From positions 558,001 to 622,000 of the forward strand of contig NOWV01000026.1 of the NCBI GenBank assembly GCA_003344405.1: DNA of 64,000 bases. Direction: 5' to 3'. Source of the DNA: Trichoplax sp. H2. Taxonomy: Eukaryota. This document shows positions 14,701 through 29,100 of the stretch, piece by piece; positions within the stretch are counted from its first letter, which is position 1; the number at the start of each line of letters is the position of its first letter. The translations under genes and the position numbers were made by a program. The notes under the pieces were generated by a model. It had not been told where the DNA came from, searched no databases, and saw nothing but the letters and a program-made list of their open reading frames with translations.

Positions 14701-17357
14701 TAATACAGCTTGTTAGAAAGGTAACTGCTAATTATGGTACTACAGTCATAAACTGATAGCTAACTTTTTGTTGTTAATAGCTATGCATTACCCACTGTAG
14801 GTTATTTGTAATTGTGCATGTATAACTTTGAAATTAGGGTATTCCGGAACCTTTGAGGGGTCAGGTGTGGCAAATGCTAGCCGGTATCGTTGAAAATACC
14901 GATTTGCTGCAAACATATTCACATCTGTTAACAAAGGTAAAACGAAATCCTATTTAATCAAGCTATTTAATAAGCATAGAACTAGAGTATGTTGTATTTT
15001 ATTCGTATAATAGGAATCTCCTTCCGAAAAAACGATCCTTGTCGATCTCGGACGAACATTTCCGGCTCATCCAATGTTTAAAGATCAAGATGGAGAAGGA
15101 CAATCAAATTTATATAGGATTTGTAAAGTAAGAAATTTGCGAAATATCTTTCTATCAATGTATTAATAGCTAATGGCTTTATGCAAATTATGTAACCGTA
15201 TAGGCATATTCAGTGTACGATGAAGAAGTTGGATATTGCCAGGGCCTATCTTTCCTCGTAGCTGTATTAATTTTGCATGTACGTGAGTGCTATAAAATGA
15301 GAGGTATATTGTTTGTTTTTCAGGAGAAGTGAATATCTAATCGTTGAACTTATTTAATTAGATGCCTGAAGAGCAAGCTTTTTGTGTATTAGTAAAGATA
15401 ATGTATACAGATGGCTTACGAGATTTGTTTAGATTAAACTTTGAACAACTACATATCAAATTTTTTCAATTAGAAAAGCTACTGGAGGTATATCATCATA
15501 ACCTTAGAACTTACTTAACTATTACATTCATATCAAAATTAACACCTTCTTCTATTTACAACAAGAAAATGCTACCAGATCTGTATTATCATTTCCAAGG
15601 CAACAGAGTAGAAGCTCATATGTACGCATCGCAATGGTTTTTAACGCTTTTTACAGCCAAGTTTCCTTTAGCAGTTTCATATCATGTTATGGATATGTTT
15701 CTTTGTGAGGTTTGCACAGCATAAATATATAGCATGAATACAGTATCTTTTAGCAATGTAGAAAACCTTATAAGAATAAGCTCCTTACTCGGAATGTTTT
15801 ACCATAATTGACTTTTTACTACTATAGGGTATGGAAGTATTATTCCGAGTTGCAATTACGATTTTAAAGGTAAAATATGGCCGTTAAATATAATTGTATC
15901 CGTCTGAGCATATATTAACTAAGATTTTAATTTAGCATATATCCAAGGAACTTCTATTGCTGGATTTTGAGGGAATTATGAAACACTTTCGAGTTACTTT
16001 ACCAAAAAAATGCTTATCAGAGGAATTTTGTTCTCGAGTTCTACTTGACTGCGGGAGAGTCAAGGTTAGTATTTCTTATGTTATGGTCGTAAGGTATCAT
16101 TACTAAAATGATAAATCTGTAACCATTTGAAGATTGATAGTAAGAAATTACGCAAATACGAAAAAGAATATTACATTTTAAAAGAATTACGTGAAGAAGA
16201 AGATCCAGTCATGGTTTTAGAGGTATTTTGATTCCTAATTAATTTCACGCTAATTCGATTGCTCCTTAAGTGTATGTATGCATATTGTACTAGAAAATTT
16301 CTTTTCCAATGACAGGAAAAGAATAGATATCTCATGAGAAGTATTGCCAAAACAAGGCAAGAAAATGAATCATTAGGGCAGGAATTGACAATTTTAAAAA
16401 CAATACATAATCAATCAACGGAAGAGGTTATCTGTTTAATTATAATTGTTAGAATTTTTAAGAATTGTACGTGTCAAATATCGAAGAAATTAGATAATGT
16501 TATATTATCAGTAACTTTAATGGTGATTTAAAACTATTTCTGTAGGCGAAAGAAAATATGAGCTTAATGAATAAAGAGCTAACTAGTTTGCAGTCTCAAT
16601 ATGCTGACTTAGATGAAGATAAACGTAGATTGCAAGCGGAAATTAAAGAGGTTTCTACATATATTAGTGATTACTTCCATTGATACGAAAGTTATCAGTA
16701 CTTGTGTATTAATTTATTTAAATTACGCACATTCCTTTTTACAAGATTAAAGAATTATATCGGGATACTGTTGCCAAATCAAATGATGAAGCTAACCGAC
16801 AAACTAATATTGTCAAGGAATATAAGCAGGTACGACCGTTCGAAATAAAATCATCTTTATCTGTTCATGCTTTTTATAAATTATATAATTATTGCACATG
16901 CTCGATATCATCCATAATTATAATTTTGAATTTATTAGATATGCTCTCAGCTTCAAGATAGATTAGAGAAGCAAGAAAACGTTTATACAAAGCAAATTAA
17001 AACAATAAAAGTAAGCCTGAAAGATATGTTATTGTAAATTTCTTTCATAACCATTCACGTACCTTTTCTTAGGCAAAAATATTAAAAAAGTACCCAGATT
17101 TGGCCGATAAAGTTGATGAAGAAATCGATAGTCTGGCAGATGAGAATGCAATTGGAGCGGATGATAAAAGCAAAAGTTACACAGAATTAGGTGCGTTGGA
17201 AGAGAAATTTAGGAAAATGGAGGTTGATTATGCTCATACGAAACTAGAATTGGTTGCAAAGGAGTGCAAAATACAAGAATTGGAGCATCAATTGTCTGGA
17301 TTAGAAGTAACCCTTGCAAAGCACGGCAGTAACTGGTTCGCAAAGTGGAAAAAGTGA
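11715..17357 (+). CDS. RABGAP1: Rab GTPase-activating protein 1 (PTB domain + TBC domain + C-terminal coiled coil), multi-exon
   Basis: PTB segment [21 protein letters not shown]...[12 protein letters not shown]...[20 protein letters not shown] motifs [75 protein letters not shown]; coiled coil ending [16 protein letters not shown]...NWFAKWKK*. The start at 11715 (MADKEENG) is the most plausible one but is less certain. Confidence 0.9.
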
Positions 17358-18040
17358 TACTCGCTAATATGGATTTAAATTCTATGAATAAGCGTAATTT
17401 AATCTAATATCTAGGATCCATTATTTGGGACTGCCGAAAACGTTTAGAATCGAATAGTAATATATGGATTTTTCAATTATTTTGCCCGGTTAGATGTTCG
17501 ATGTGCTTGCAACTTTGAAACAAGTTAAAAAAATGTGTAATATATTTGCGCTAGTGAATTGACATTTACCTAATGACATTACCTAATTAAAGAAAACTAA
17601 ATCGTCGCTTTAAAATGATACTGGATGTTAAATCATAACCGTTTAAAATGGTCTTATTTTATCCTACTTGAAATTGCTGCTATATTTTGTAAACCATAAA
17701 ATCACCGCACTGGATGCTGCGATCTAGATAAAGTATATCATTTGCAAATTTATGTATCGTTTTTTAAATGTGTTCTTGCATATGTATATAAATATGGAAT
17801 ACATCGTGACTGTAATTGTATCTTATAGTAGAAGCATCAGCATGTAAAATATATATATACAATCAAGTGAAGAAATATAGTAAAGATGATATTGAACAAA
17901 CTTTTTATTTTTTAAACTTTGCAATGAACGTTAACAAGTTTATCGCTACGTATAGGTCATTTATAAATCCAATCACCACGAAATTGCAATTACTAATAAT
18001 CTACTTGGAAATGCATTTACGAAGAGTCTAATTATATTTA

Positions 18041-20625
18041 TTAGTATTTGTAGACTTTTCCACTCTTAATTATTTTAATCTTCTTCCCACGATTCAACCG
18101 AGAAAAACTATGATGACCTAAATTGCCGTGTGAGTAAAAATCGCCGAAAGGTAGTCCTTTAAATTGCGAAAACCCACCGAATCTTCCTCTGTTCCGATCT
18201 AAAGTTTTTTACAAATTCATAGGAGTAAATGTCTATCAATTATAATGCTTTTATGTCTTCAGTTGCAGTACGCACGAATCATGTTTAAAAATGAGGATGC
18301 ATTTCATAGCTATTTATGGCACTAACCTGAACAGGTCGGACCAGTGAAACCGTTTCGGCATTTGCATTCACCAGTCTGAGCATTACAATCACCATGTTTG
18401 CAACTACAGCGGAATTCACAATCCGGCCCAAAGTTACCCTTCGAGCATGCTGTATAGAAATATAATTTATTAAATTAGACAAATTTATTCTAATTTCTAC
18501 GTTTAAGTTAAAAAATAATGAAACGGCCAATTAAGTGTAGTGTAGTGAAAAGTAATAATGAACATGAAGATTAGAAGACAAATTCCATTTTTAAAGTATT
18601 TTATGTATTGATAACTTACGAGTATTGCAATTAGCTCCCATGTATCCAGCTCTACATTTGCATAGACCATCAGTTGGATTGCAGAAATCGCCACGCCCAA
18701 CATCACATTTACATATTGACTGACAATTAAGACCGTATCTATTCAAGCCACAATCTAGTCGATTACATGAATTTAATTTATCATCAGTGAACTATAATTG
18801 TATACGTTCGGGAAACTGGTTGTAAGCTGTTTTAAAATAACTTAGCTTTCAGACTAGTAGCTGCTAAGGCCACGCCATAATGACACAATTACTAATATAC
18901 GCGAGTACTGTATATATATATTAATTAGTATTCATCCAGCTTACTTCTCGAACATTTTGGACCAGTTAAACCAGGTGGACAGTCACAAGTCCCAGTAACA
19001 TGATCACACTCGATAACATCTCCGTTACCATTTGTGTTGCAGTCGCAAATTTGCAAACAGTCACGTCCAAAGCGTCCTTTAGGGCATTGCTGTTCACATA
19101 CAGTACCGATATAACCATCTTTGCAAATACATCGACCAGTTTCTGGATCACAAGAGCCGTCATTTTGGCAATCTGGGCAACTATTGCTGCATCCAGGACC
19201 CCATCGTTCAGGATCGCATCCTACAGGAAGGACAAGATTCATCGTACATGTTACATAACCACGTAATTTAAATTAAATCACTGGCGACTGATTAAGATCC
19301 TTGTAGCTACCCAATACTGTAGTCGATGAAAGTAATAAAAACGAAAGTTTCATTGTTATGATACAAATAATTGTATAGTACAGTCTAATACTAGTTATAA
19401 TGGTTGCAAGAACCTGTAGTGTAGTATCCTTTAGGCCATTGACAATTTGAAATATCAACTGTATCAATATTATATCTATCCAATTTCATAAGGTAATGTA
19501 ATCCGTTTAAAGCATAGAATAGTTATTTTACTTTTAATGTACTGGAATAGAAAAGTGAACGTTTCAACTTAAATTGCTATTCTGGGTGGTATAGCTATAT
19601 TTTAATGGAAGCTAGAATACTTAAATGTTATAATTAAAATGTAAGAATAAATTTATTATCACTGCTTAAGCATGAAATACCATAAAGTACGACACTTATC
19701 TATCCAGAGAATACACGCATGTTCTGGTTGATATACTGCATTATATAAGATTATTAATACTATAATTAATTTAAGAGAATTTTATGTGCACTATTTCTAC
19801 TACTGTCCTTATTTTTAGAACTCATAATAAGACTACTTAATTATTTAAATTGGACTCTCATAAACTTCATCTTTAATTTGATGTGAATCTGCCTCTAAGT
19901 AGAATTAAAAGGGCTTGTAATCACTATTCCAGTTATAAAAACCAAATATAACCTCTAATACAGTAACATCAAAGCATTGAGCCATAAGCAGCAGCAATAC
20001 CGTACTTAAGCCAATTACAAGTATAACAGCTGCAACTCACAAATGATCCAAGCTATGGTAATATCCTCGTAAAATTGAAAAGATAGAACATTTATAAGTC
20101 AATGCAGTGGTACTTACGCTGACTGCAGTCTGTTCCATGGTAGCCAGCGATAGTTGAACAATCACAATCTCCAGTAATAGCATTACATAAAGCATTATTA
20201 GCACAAGGGCAGGAACTACGACATTGATCACCAAACGAACGACCAGAGCAGCCAATTCCACATGCAATTCCAGTGAAGCCAGAAGAACACTCGCATACCC
20301 CAGTGACTGCATCACATTCGGCATTATTAAAGCACTGGCAGGCTTGACGACAACCTTTGCCAAAAAATCCATTAGAGCATTTATTTTCACAACGGACACC
20401 GATGTAACCAGCGGGACAATCACATCTTCCATTACTACAAAATCCCCCATTTTGGCAGTTGCAGTTGTCGAAGTCATTATCGTTACCATTTTGACTATCT
20501 TGACTAAAATATCCATCGTTATAAATTGATAATCCATTGCCATTTCCATAGCCATAATAACTTTTACATTGTACTACAGCTATGCATAGAAATAAAATTG
20601 TTAAACTAATAAGGATCTTAGCCAT
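18041..20625 (-). CDS. Secreted multiple laminin-type EGF-repeat protein (MEGF6/10/11- or SREC-like repeats), 5 exons, no transmembrane segment
   Basis: Signal peptide MAKILISLTILFLCIAVVQC; exons about 20625-20118, 19220-18945, 18754-18620, 18449-18328 and 18198-18041, all joined by phase-1 GT-AG introns. About 7 EGF repeats, mostly CxxGxFGxxC...CDxxTGxCxCxxGxxGxxC. Last exon encodes DRNRGRFGGF...KSGKVYKY*. Confidence 0.8.
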
Positions 20626-23600
20626 AATGGTCGAAAGTAGTTTTTTAATAATGAACGATTTCCAAAATATAAGGTCAGTAATAAACTTTCAAAAGATTAC
20701 TTCTACAGCGTAAAGCTCTGGGATTTTTATACCTCTTCCATGGTGCAATTTCAACATGACAAGATTGAAAAAATTTAATGCAATTGCCATAACACCTTTC
20801 AGTCTGTTTTCTCAACTCTTTTGTAATTTGAATCAGGTATTAAACATACGAAATTTATTTTACACAATATTTATATTATAAGAAAGTGGTACTATCACAA
20901 TATTAAGCAGCCCAATTGCTTATCACCTGAATTGTTTATGGCTCAAGCGTATCTGTAAGAAATACTTGATAATTATTATTTAGCAGTTATTCTTTTAACG
21001 GTTAATAGATTGCGAAAGAGAAGCGCTATTTTAACTGAAATGGATTAGAATTAGTGCTGACTAAATGATATTAACCGTGATGTATCAGGTTTATTATTCT
21101 CACGAATGAAAAGTGGATATGAAACCAGGTATATGTGGTATTATTCGATAATAATTAAGCTGCATATTTTTCCGATAGTTTTACAGCTCATGCGGTCATG
21201 CTCAAAATCATATAATGAAAGAATTAGTTAAAAGAGACTTTCTGACTAGCAAGTTCAGCTGTAATATTAAAGTAGAGACACGTACAAAGAAATTTTCCAG
21301 TGTAGCCGCTACGGTACATCAAATTATATTGCGTTGCTCTCATTTTGTTAAATTATTTATAAAAAATATATACTGGAACGCTGAGTCTGTTCCGTAGAGA
21401 TTTGATTTTATTCTATAATATCATCAATTATCCATGTGTGAATCATTGTGACGGTTATCACAACATTTAGCGGTACTGCTGTAACTAACTAATCATTTTT
21501 ACTTCATCAGGGCCATTAAGCTATTTCGAAATCAAATAATTTCAATTATACCACCCTAATTAATTTCGACTTACATGTTATAATTGTTCCAGTTTGATAT
21601 CTCAAATATATCTGTTAACACTACTTTCCGATATCGCGCAAAGTAACAACTCGTATTTACGTGCAGACTTAATCAAATGAAGTCGCAAAATTATAGTTGT
21701 TATTCGAAATACTGATACTGACTTATTAATAAACCCATTCTTCCGATCTGCTATAGCAAGAAAACAATTTATCTTTTTCTCTATTATCATTATCGATGTG
21801 AATCAAATAATTTAATAGCTTATTCAAATAAAATTATCGCTTCCTTATTAGTAATTACTGTACATAAAGATTTTTGTAACCGATTTTTATGCGAATAAAT
21901 AATTCATTGCAAAATTATTCTTATATTATAATGATAGTAAAGCATACGATATTGCTACGAGACTAAAGACATGGTGATTATGGTGCTCCGTAAAGGTGTA
22001 ACTTTGTCTTTGCGAGAAAAACAGACAATTAATACATGAAATTAATTTACAAGGACAAAATGACACTATTTTCCTGTATATATTATATACAATATATATT
22101 TTTGAGGTATCACTCTGTTACCACAAAGATAGAGCAGTATGAGATTGACACATTAAAGATTGAAAGTAATTCTCTTTAATATTACGGTTAATCTCATATG
22201 AGTAATGAATCCAGAATCACCACACTTAATGAGAATTCCGATTATTAACTGAAGCGCAAGTATCATTTGCTTTATTAGTCCCCTGACGTCCACTGTGATT
22301 TAAGAATTCGATATACTGTATCAAAGACTACTGAAAAAGAGAATCTGTTTTCCAGTAGTCCTTATCTGTGTCGCAACCGTTTTCAAAAAAATCAAATTGC
22401 AGCTCTTAACTGAAATAAGGTTACAGTAATTCATTATCCATTTAAAATTGCAAGAGTTGCTTCATCATGCCACTTTATAATTGTAAATGAATACGTAATG
22501 TGCAAGCTTACCTTTAATTACATTCGAGGTGCTAAAATAATGCCTATGCTCTAAAATACGATTTCAGCTAATTTTGTGAGATATGATGATAAATTTTTAC
22601 TGACAATAAACGTCCTACGAACTCTATTTTTAATGCGATGTAACACTATTAAATTAATTTGATGTTGGTTTCTAACTTCACCAGAAACTTTTTAGAAATA
22701 CTTTAATCGTAGAAATACATAGAAAGATTCGTTCGTAAATAAAACTGTTCTTAGCTGTCGTAGGAAGCTTACAGTTGAATAATAGAATTCATTGTTGTAC
22801 GCAAGGATTGTGCTGGACAAGGTGGTTTAATATATCTCCTATGTAGATTCCGCAGTCTGCGGCGTATAATGCTGGTATCCTAATAGTATTTAGGATTTAA
22901 AGGCTATGTATCTTCCGAAACTGAGATATAAGATTATGTAGAAATTTAGGCCACAATGGCTAGAATTAACTCAATTTAAAAATTATAATATTTTGGTATA
23001 TGATACCCTGTATCCAATCTGTTATCTATGACAGAGGAAGCATTCAATAATAGTTAATTTTATTTTACCTTTTGTTACATTAACTAATTTGTAATTTAAA
23101 TAAATTAGTTTTGGTCTACAATTTTATATATAAAGCTAAGTTAATATCGTACTTCGATTCCTAATCGGTATAGAAAAGCTCATATTAGTTCATAGTCAGT
23201 TTTATTAGACTTAAAAGATAATCAACGTTTTCCTTTTCATGAGAATCCAATACCAATTCATTTGAGTACTAATTAAAGAATTATTCGTTATTATCCAGTA
23301 AAAGATATAGATTACTTTTAGTCATTATAATCCTATTTTGATAATAACCCAGGTAAAATTGGTCAAATTTAGGATTTGGATTAAGCTGTATTTAACTCTA
23401 TTAAATATTAGTAAGATATACGTAAGACAAACTATTTTGATTGCCACGATTCAGGCTAATCTTTATTTCAAATTGTAATATTGCAGTAGCACATATTGAG
23501 TTAAAATTGGATACTTTACATGATAGATATCAGGGTCATTGCGCAAATATCTATACAAACTACTCCATTTATGCCCTTTGATGGTGTTTATGATATTGAA

Positions 23601-26126
23601 AGAGGCAGTAATAATGATTACGAGAACCATGAGTCTATTATCAGTGCAGTGTATTTAGAATATACTGTAACTATATTCTACTCTTAAATATAGACATGTT
23701 GTTTTGCTCTTATATTTAGATATATTTACAATCCGCTTACTTCACATTCATATATAGGCTACTGTATTTAGTTATTACAGTACTCGCTATTTTCTACCAT
23801 CATCTGCTATTCTATAACCTGTTATGGTATATGTTGTATCTAATCCTACAATCATGTTCTCTGCATGTGTTCTAATGCCATAGTTATAAATACCGCCTTT
23901 TTCTGCCTTAGATTTCTTAAGTTGCATTATTAGTCACAGTTAGTATTCACACTTTACTCACGGCAGCTACCACGCTGACCTACCGTAATTATCGCATTGT
24001 ACCTAACTACTATCCACAATAAAGCATCCTCTTTTTCTTAAGCTCCTTGTGCAATTCTCTGCATGGCAACTAAAACCACATTATCTGACTCTTCGAACCC
24101 TCCATCACAATCAGTATCTAATTATAAAATTTTATTGTGCTGCATGTATAATTACGCGTGTAACCTGACTTGATTTGAGCATTTAAATGACCTTATAATT
24201 GGATGAAAACTGTAAAATTACTTGCCATAAGATTAAGAAGCTGTAGTATTTAAGCAAAATTTATGTCATACAGGTACCCTAAAATCGGGTTATGATGTCA
24301 AATTATTATTAAGCTTACTCTCCAATAGGTGCTGATCTGCGTAATATTGTATGCTGTAAATGATTACGTTTAATTTAAAAAAATCTTATATAAACCTAGA
24401 AATTTATTCAAACCTTATGGTTAATCGCCACAGTAAGTTATCAATTCTGAAATAATGTATTCGTAGATATCTATATTTCGACAAAGTAGCCAAGTGATTC
24501 GATCTGTTCATCCATGGAGAACTAATTTATCAAGTTGTCCATAAGATGGTTTGATTCCTATCACAATACTGCATTATGGTTAACAGCGTTAATATTGCAA
24601 ATCAAATTGCGAATCGGTATTATAGTAATATACAATAATTAGATTAAGTGTAATAACGCTATTTGCATATTACCCTATCCTAGCTATAATATTACAGCGT
24701 AATTTAGCAGCCGTATAGCTATTTATTAAACTATGTCAAAAATAAATCTTGAAATAGTGAATGGTGATGATTGTTTTGAATGATGATAGTATTAGTGACA
24801 TTGCTGACATATTACTCGATTCCTGCTACAATATCACAGAATCGGTTAGTCATAAGAATGAATAACTGAAGTGCTACTAGTACGCCAGCATCAATTCATT
24901 AAGGCACAGTTTGTCTAATTGGTGAATATAATTATATGTTACTCGTAATCATTAAAATATCTCTTCTAGTATTACAGGATGATTAAGTAATGATTGCTAC
25001 AAGTTTAATGATTTTATCTACTAAGATAGATTCCTTCAAATTTAGTCCTAAAACACAGGAAAGACACTGGTGTTTTTAAGTATTGATTTAACTTAGTATA
25101 ATATAAACAGTAAGGCGCCATAAAACATATAATTAATAAGATAGCAATTGTGTACGTATGTATTCAGTTTGAGTACATACTTTTAATTGAAAAGCAATTC
25201 ATTCAATTCATACAACATGCTAAGATGTAGCCATGGCTAATATTGGACGATATCGTCATCAACATGTTTATTCATTTTAAATTAGTCCAACTGTCACGAC
25301 GTATCTTAAGCGTCAGGTTGTGATGATTACCATGACTACAGGCGTTACCATTGGCTATTGATGACAATAATTCATTGTTTTACAGCTAATTTCAAATATG
25401 AAATAATAATTATTGAAACGTCATAATACTATCTTCTCTTTTATTGTATGAGCAATCAAAAATAATACAAGATGATCAAACTGTAGAAAAAGAGAAGTAT
25501 AGTTTGGTAAGTATATCAGTACAGTAATTGGTTGAAGTGAAAAAACAAGAGGAAATTCCATACTTAAAATTCCACCATTAGTGGAAGATAAAAAAAATTA
25601 CTCTTAGATTATTATCAAGATCCATTAAATGTAATCTATCATCTCGCTAGATTAGTAGTTAGCTAATTTAACATTATGATAGAATCAAAATAATAAAGGG
25701 AAAGATTAGAAGGAACATTTTATTACATCATTACAGGTTAGATAATATTTTAAATCTAGATAAGATATCATCGTCGGTATCTATTATAGTCCGTGCTGAC
25801 ATTTTGAAACTATTCTTATATTCTTGTTAAGTCTACTGATCGTATGTATTCTGGTAACCGTATGAAAGAAGACTGTAATATTATCTTCTTTTCTTTTATG
25901 CACACTTGGCTGATTCAACATCACGAACAGACTGTTACTTAATCATTGCAAGATTATTGTATATTAGCTGGCTAACAACATCAACTGATTAATTGTTATT
26001 CCCAAAAGTTTCTTAGGTTATTTAGGTCAGATTAGATTTTACATAATTGATATGAATTGATCGTAATTATAGCCCATTTGGCAACTATTTTAATTATTAT
26101 CTATCGCTTAGTTAGATTTATAAGTA

Positions 26127-29100
26127 ATGGCAACGATTACGAAATCAATAGCTACAACCGCAAGCATATTCATTATTCTCTCAGGTTTGCTTTAATACCG
26201 GTACATGTTGCATTTTGTAAGAATTTCAACCATTCTATAATGTACAATACGATTGATCAATTAAAATTAAGTTAAAGTGCAGATTTATATACATCGAATA
26301 TTTAAATGTTGAAATTATACTATGTGATATTCTGCATTTCATATTTAAATCTTATTCTAAGAAGAGGCTAGTTGCAATATTCTCGTTTTTAATACATTTT
26401 CGTCCTTTAAATCTTAGCCATTAAACTTTTTACATCACTTTTAGTGTGCTTTATTCATGTCGCTTCTGGACAAAATACAAGTTCAGTTTATTTCGATAAT
26501 GACGCCTATCTAAGTTATACTAACGGTCGTCAACAAATATCGGGTGTTGAAGATTGGATCGCATTTCGATTTCGATTTTGTCAAAATCAGGGTATGTTAT
26601 TATATTTAGCTGGTCCATCTTCTCAATTTTTTGCCATCGGTGTTTATCAGAATCGAATCTTATTAGAATGGAATAATGGTGGTATCGCGATCGAGGTAAA
26701 AAAAATTCGATATTATTTTACAAAGTTACTGCCTGAATGATATAGTTGATTTGTACTCTAGTAAAGTCTATGATCGACATGGCCTGACCCTATTACACTG
26801 CAACTCTGAGCTATGATAACTTAGAAAAAGATCCAAGCCCTAATGCAATATTATAAACACGATAGAGATTAAAGTTATTTCATGATGAATCTGTAGAAAC
26901 ATTAAACACCATAGTTATGACATCTTTCATGTACTCTCCAATTTAAGTGACCAACTTAGACATCTGATAGCTTGAATAACTATTGCTACCTTAATGATAA
27001 AATATGAAGATTTTCGATTGTTGCTGGTAAATTTCCGAATGATATTACCTTATCTTAGTGTCACAGAGTAGGATCACTACAAAATCTCGATCCGGTGTCA
27101 TGTTGATTTGAAACACTTCTAAGAGAATTTTATCATAATAAATGTATCGGCTCCTAACCAAATCACGTTTTATGATTTATATTCTCTCCTGATTTTCTAA
27201 AATGTCCAAGAATAGTACCATATACTCATGTAATAGTTTAGATATTTGATTAAAGTTGAATTTTAGTATAATATCCCAAACGAAGTTATAAAGTAGCAAA
27301 GTATAGCCGAAAATGGTACCATGATTGCAATTTGAGTTCCAATTTGTAAAATAAAGCAGAAAGAAGGTTATAATCGCTTTTGTATTACTACAATGATACA
27401 CTATGTTTGATATACATGATCATTTTCCGTAACCACAACGGCATCAAATAAAGGAGTAAAATCCTTATTGCAAATGTTAAGATCTAGAATTTGTCGGCAT
27501 GTTGTGAATGTAAAATTGCTACTTTAACTTATAATCTTCTTGATCATTAATCAAATCAACAATCCGAGTTAATTATCTAATAGCTATATTCCATACCATT
27601 TTGTAGTTTATCTGATCTTAAACTAAAGGTGCAACTATTAATACTTAACTTTTAATTTTTACAGTTGTACATTGGCAATCAATTAAATGCTACGCAAGAA
27701 TATACTGTTAATGTCACCAATCTAGGAAGAGCAAATGCACTTCGAGCCACTATCGATAATATAGGAGTTAACTTACAATTTTCGTCTCAGAATAGTAGTT
27801 TAGACACGTCCACATTTGGCGGTGCTTTATATGTTGGTGGTTGGCCAACAAATGTTGCTTTACAGGTATGTTATGAGTAATGCTAAGATTAAAAGCTATC
27901 AGTAATCGATATATCCTTCGCACCTTAGTATAGTAATAATTTATGGATTATAGCAATTTAGGAAAACTACCGTAACAGCGATTGATTTTAAATATCTGTA
28001 CGTTGTATGCCGGTTTTCGTGACTTATATCAAGGTTATCGTAACTTTGCGATAATCTTCGGTTTACTTCTAAAATCTAGTTCGAATATAGTAGCATAAAG
28101 TATCAAATCATCTTTGTTAGGTGGAAGATGAACAGATTTTATGCATCACGATAATATAACTTAAACAACCAAAAAATAGAAATAATTTCTAAATTGGTTA
28201 TGAATTAATTTGACGGGATTTCTAAATTTTATCGGATACTCTACCATCTCTTGATCCAGTAAATTTAGTTATCTCTAAAAATAAAGATATTGATTGATAA
28301 GCTTGTTTTATTTAGTCTCTGTATCTTTATAAAATTTAAACTGATAGAATAGAATAACGAAAGGTTTAGTTAGGCTGAAATTCTTTAATACTCTGACATA
28401 TACAATCGCAAACTACATGCTGCCTTGTATCTAATCCGGCAAGCACATCTGCCGTCTAACGGAATACCTGGACTAATATTTTACACTGATTTTGGTCATT
28501 ACAGAGTAGTACCAGAATTAGAACACGTCTTATTACTTGCATATCAAGCATTACAACCAGATTTAACACGATCAATTTTCGTTCGCCATCGGAAAGTCGT
28601 CGTATTCGCTATAGTTGTCCCAACACGTTTTGTTCTGGTCCGACCACAGCAACATTTACTAAAAGCTCTGGGTCATATCTGAGTTTGAATGCTTTTCAAA
28701 ATTCCACGGGTGCACGTAGTGGCATTACGCAGCTATCTATGGAATTTATTGCAAAGTAAGTTAAGATAATTGAACTATTAATTTTAAGCATTCTATCGCT
28801 CTGTTTAGCTACATTCCATATTTGTAGCCTACTACAGTCACATTTTTATGGTTCCGAAGCTATGTAGGAATACAATGAAATACTTGGCACGGGGTTCATA
28901 ATTAATTTACAGATTATTTACGGTACTAAATAAAATTTTGATAAATTTCTAGCATTGAATAATTAGTCACACCTAGGAACTAAAATACACTAAGTTTGAC
29001 TATATGCGTATACTATTATAAATTTTGAGATCATAAAATTTTAGCGACTGCAATTACTGATTCATTCAGATTGTTATTTTTGGTATAGTTGAGGTTAATT

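Noticed and set aside
20700..26050. Hidden gene or transposon in the 5.4 kb intergenic region
   Set aside because: AT-rich with only ~60-aa ORFs; no transposase/RT motifs or terminal repeats seen; treated as shared upstream region of two divergent genes.
28425..28682. 85-aa ORF MYLIRQAHLP...
   Set aside because: It is an alternative-frame overlap of the Crumbs A exon 28505-28755, whose real frame joins both neighbouring exons.
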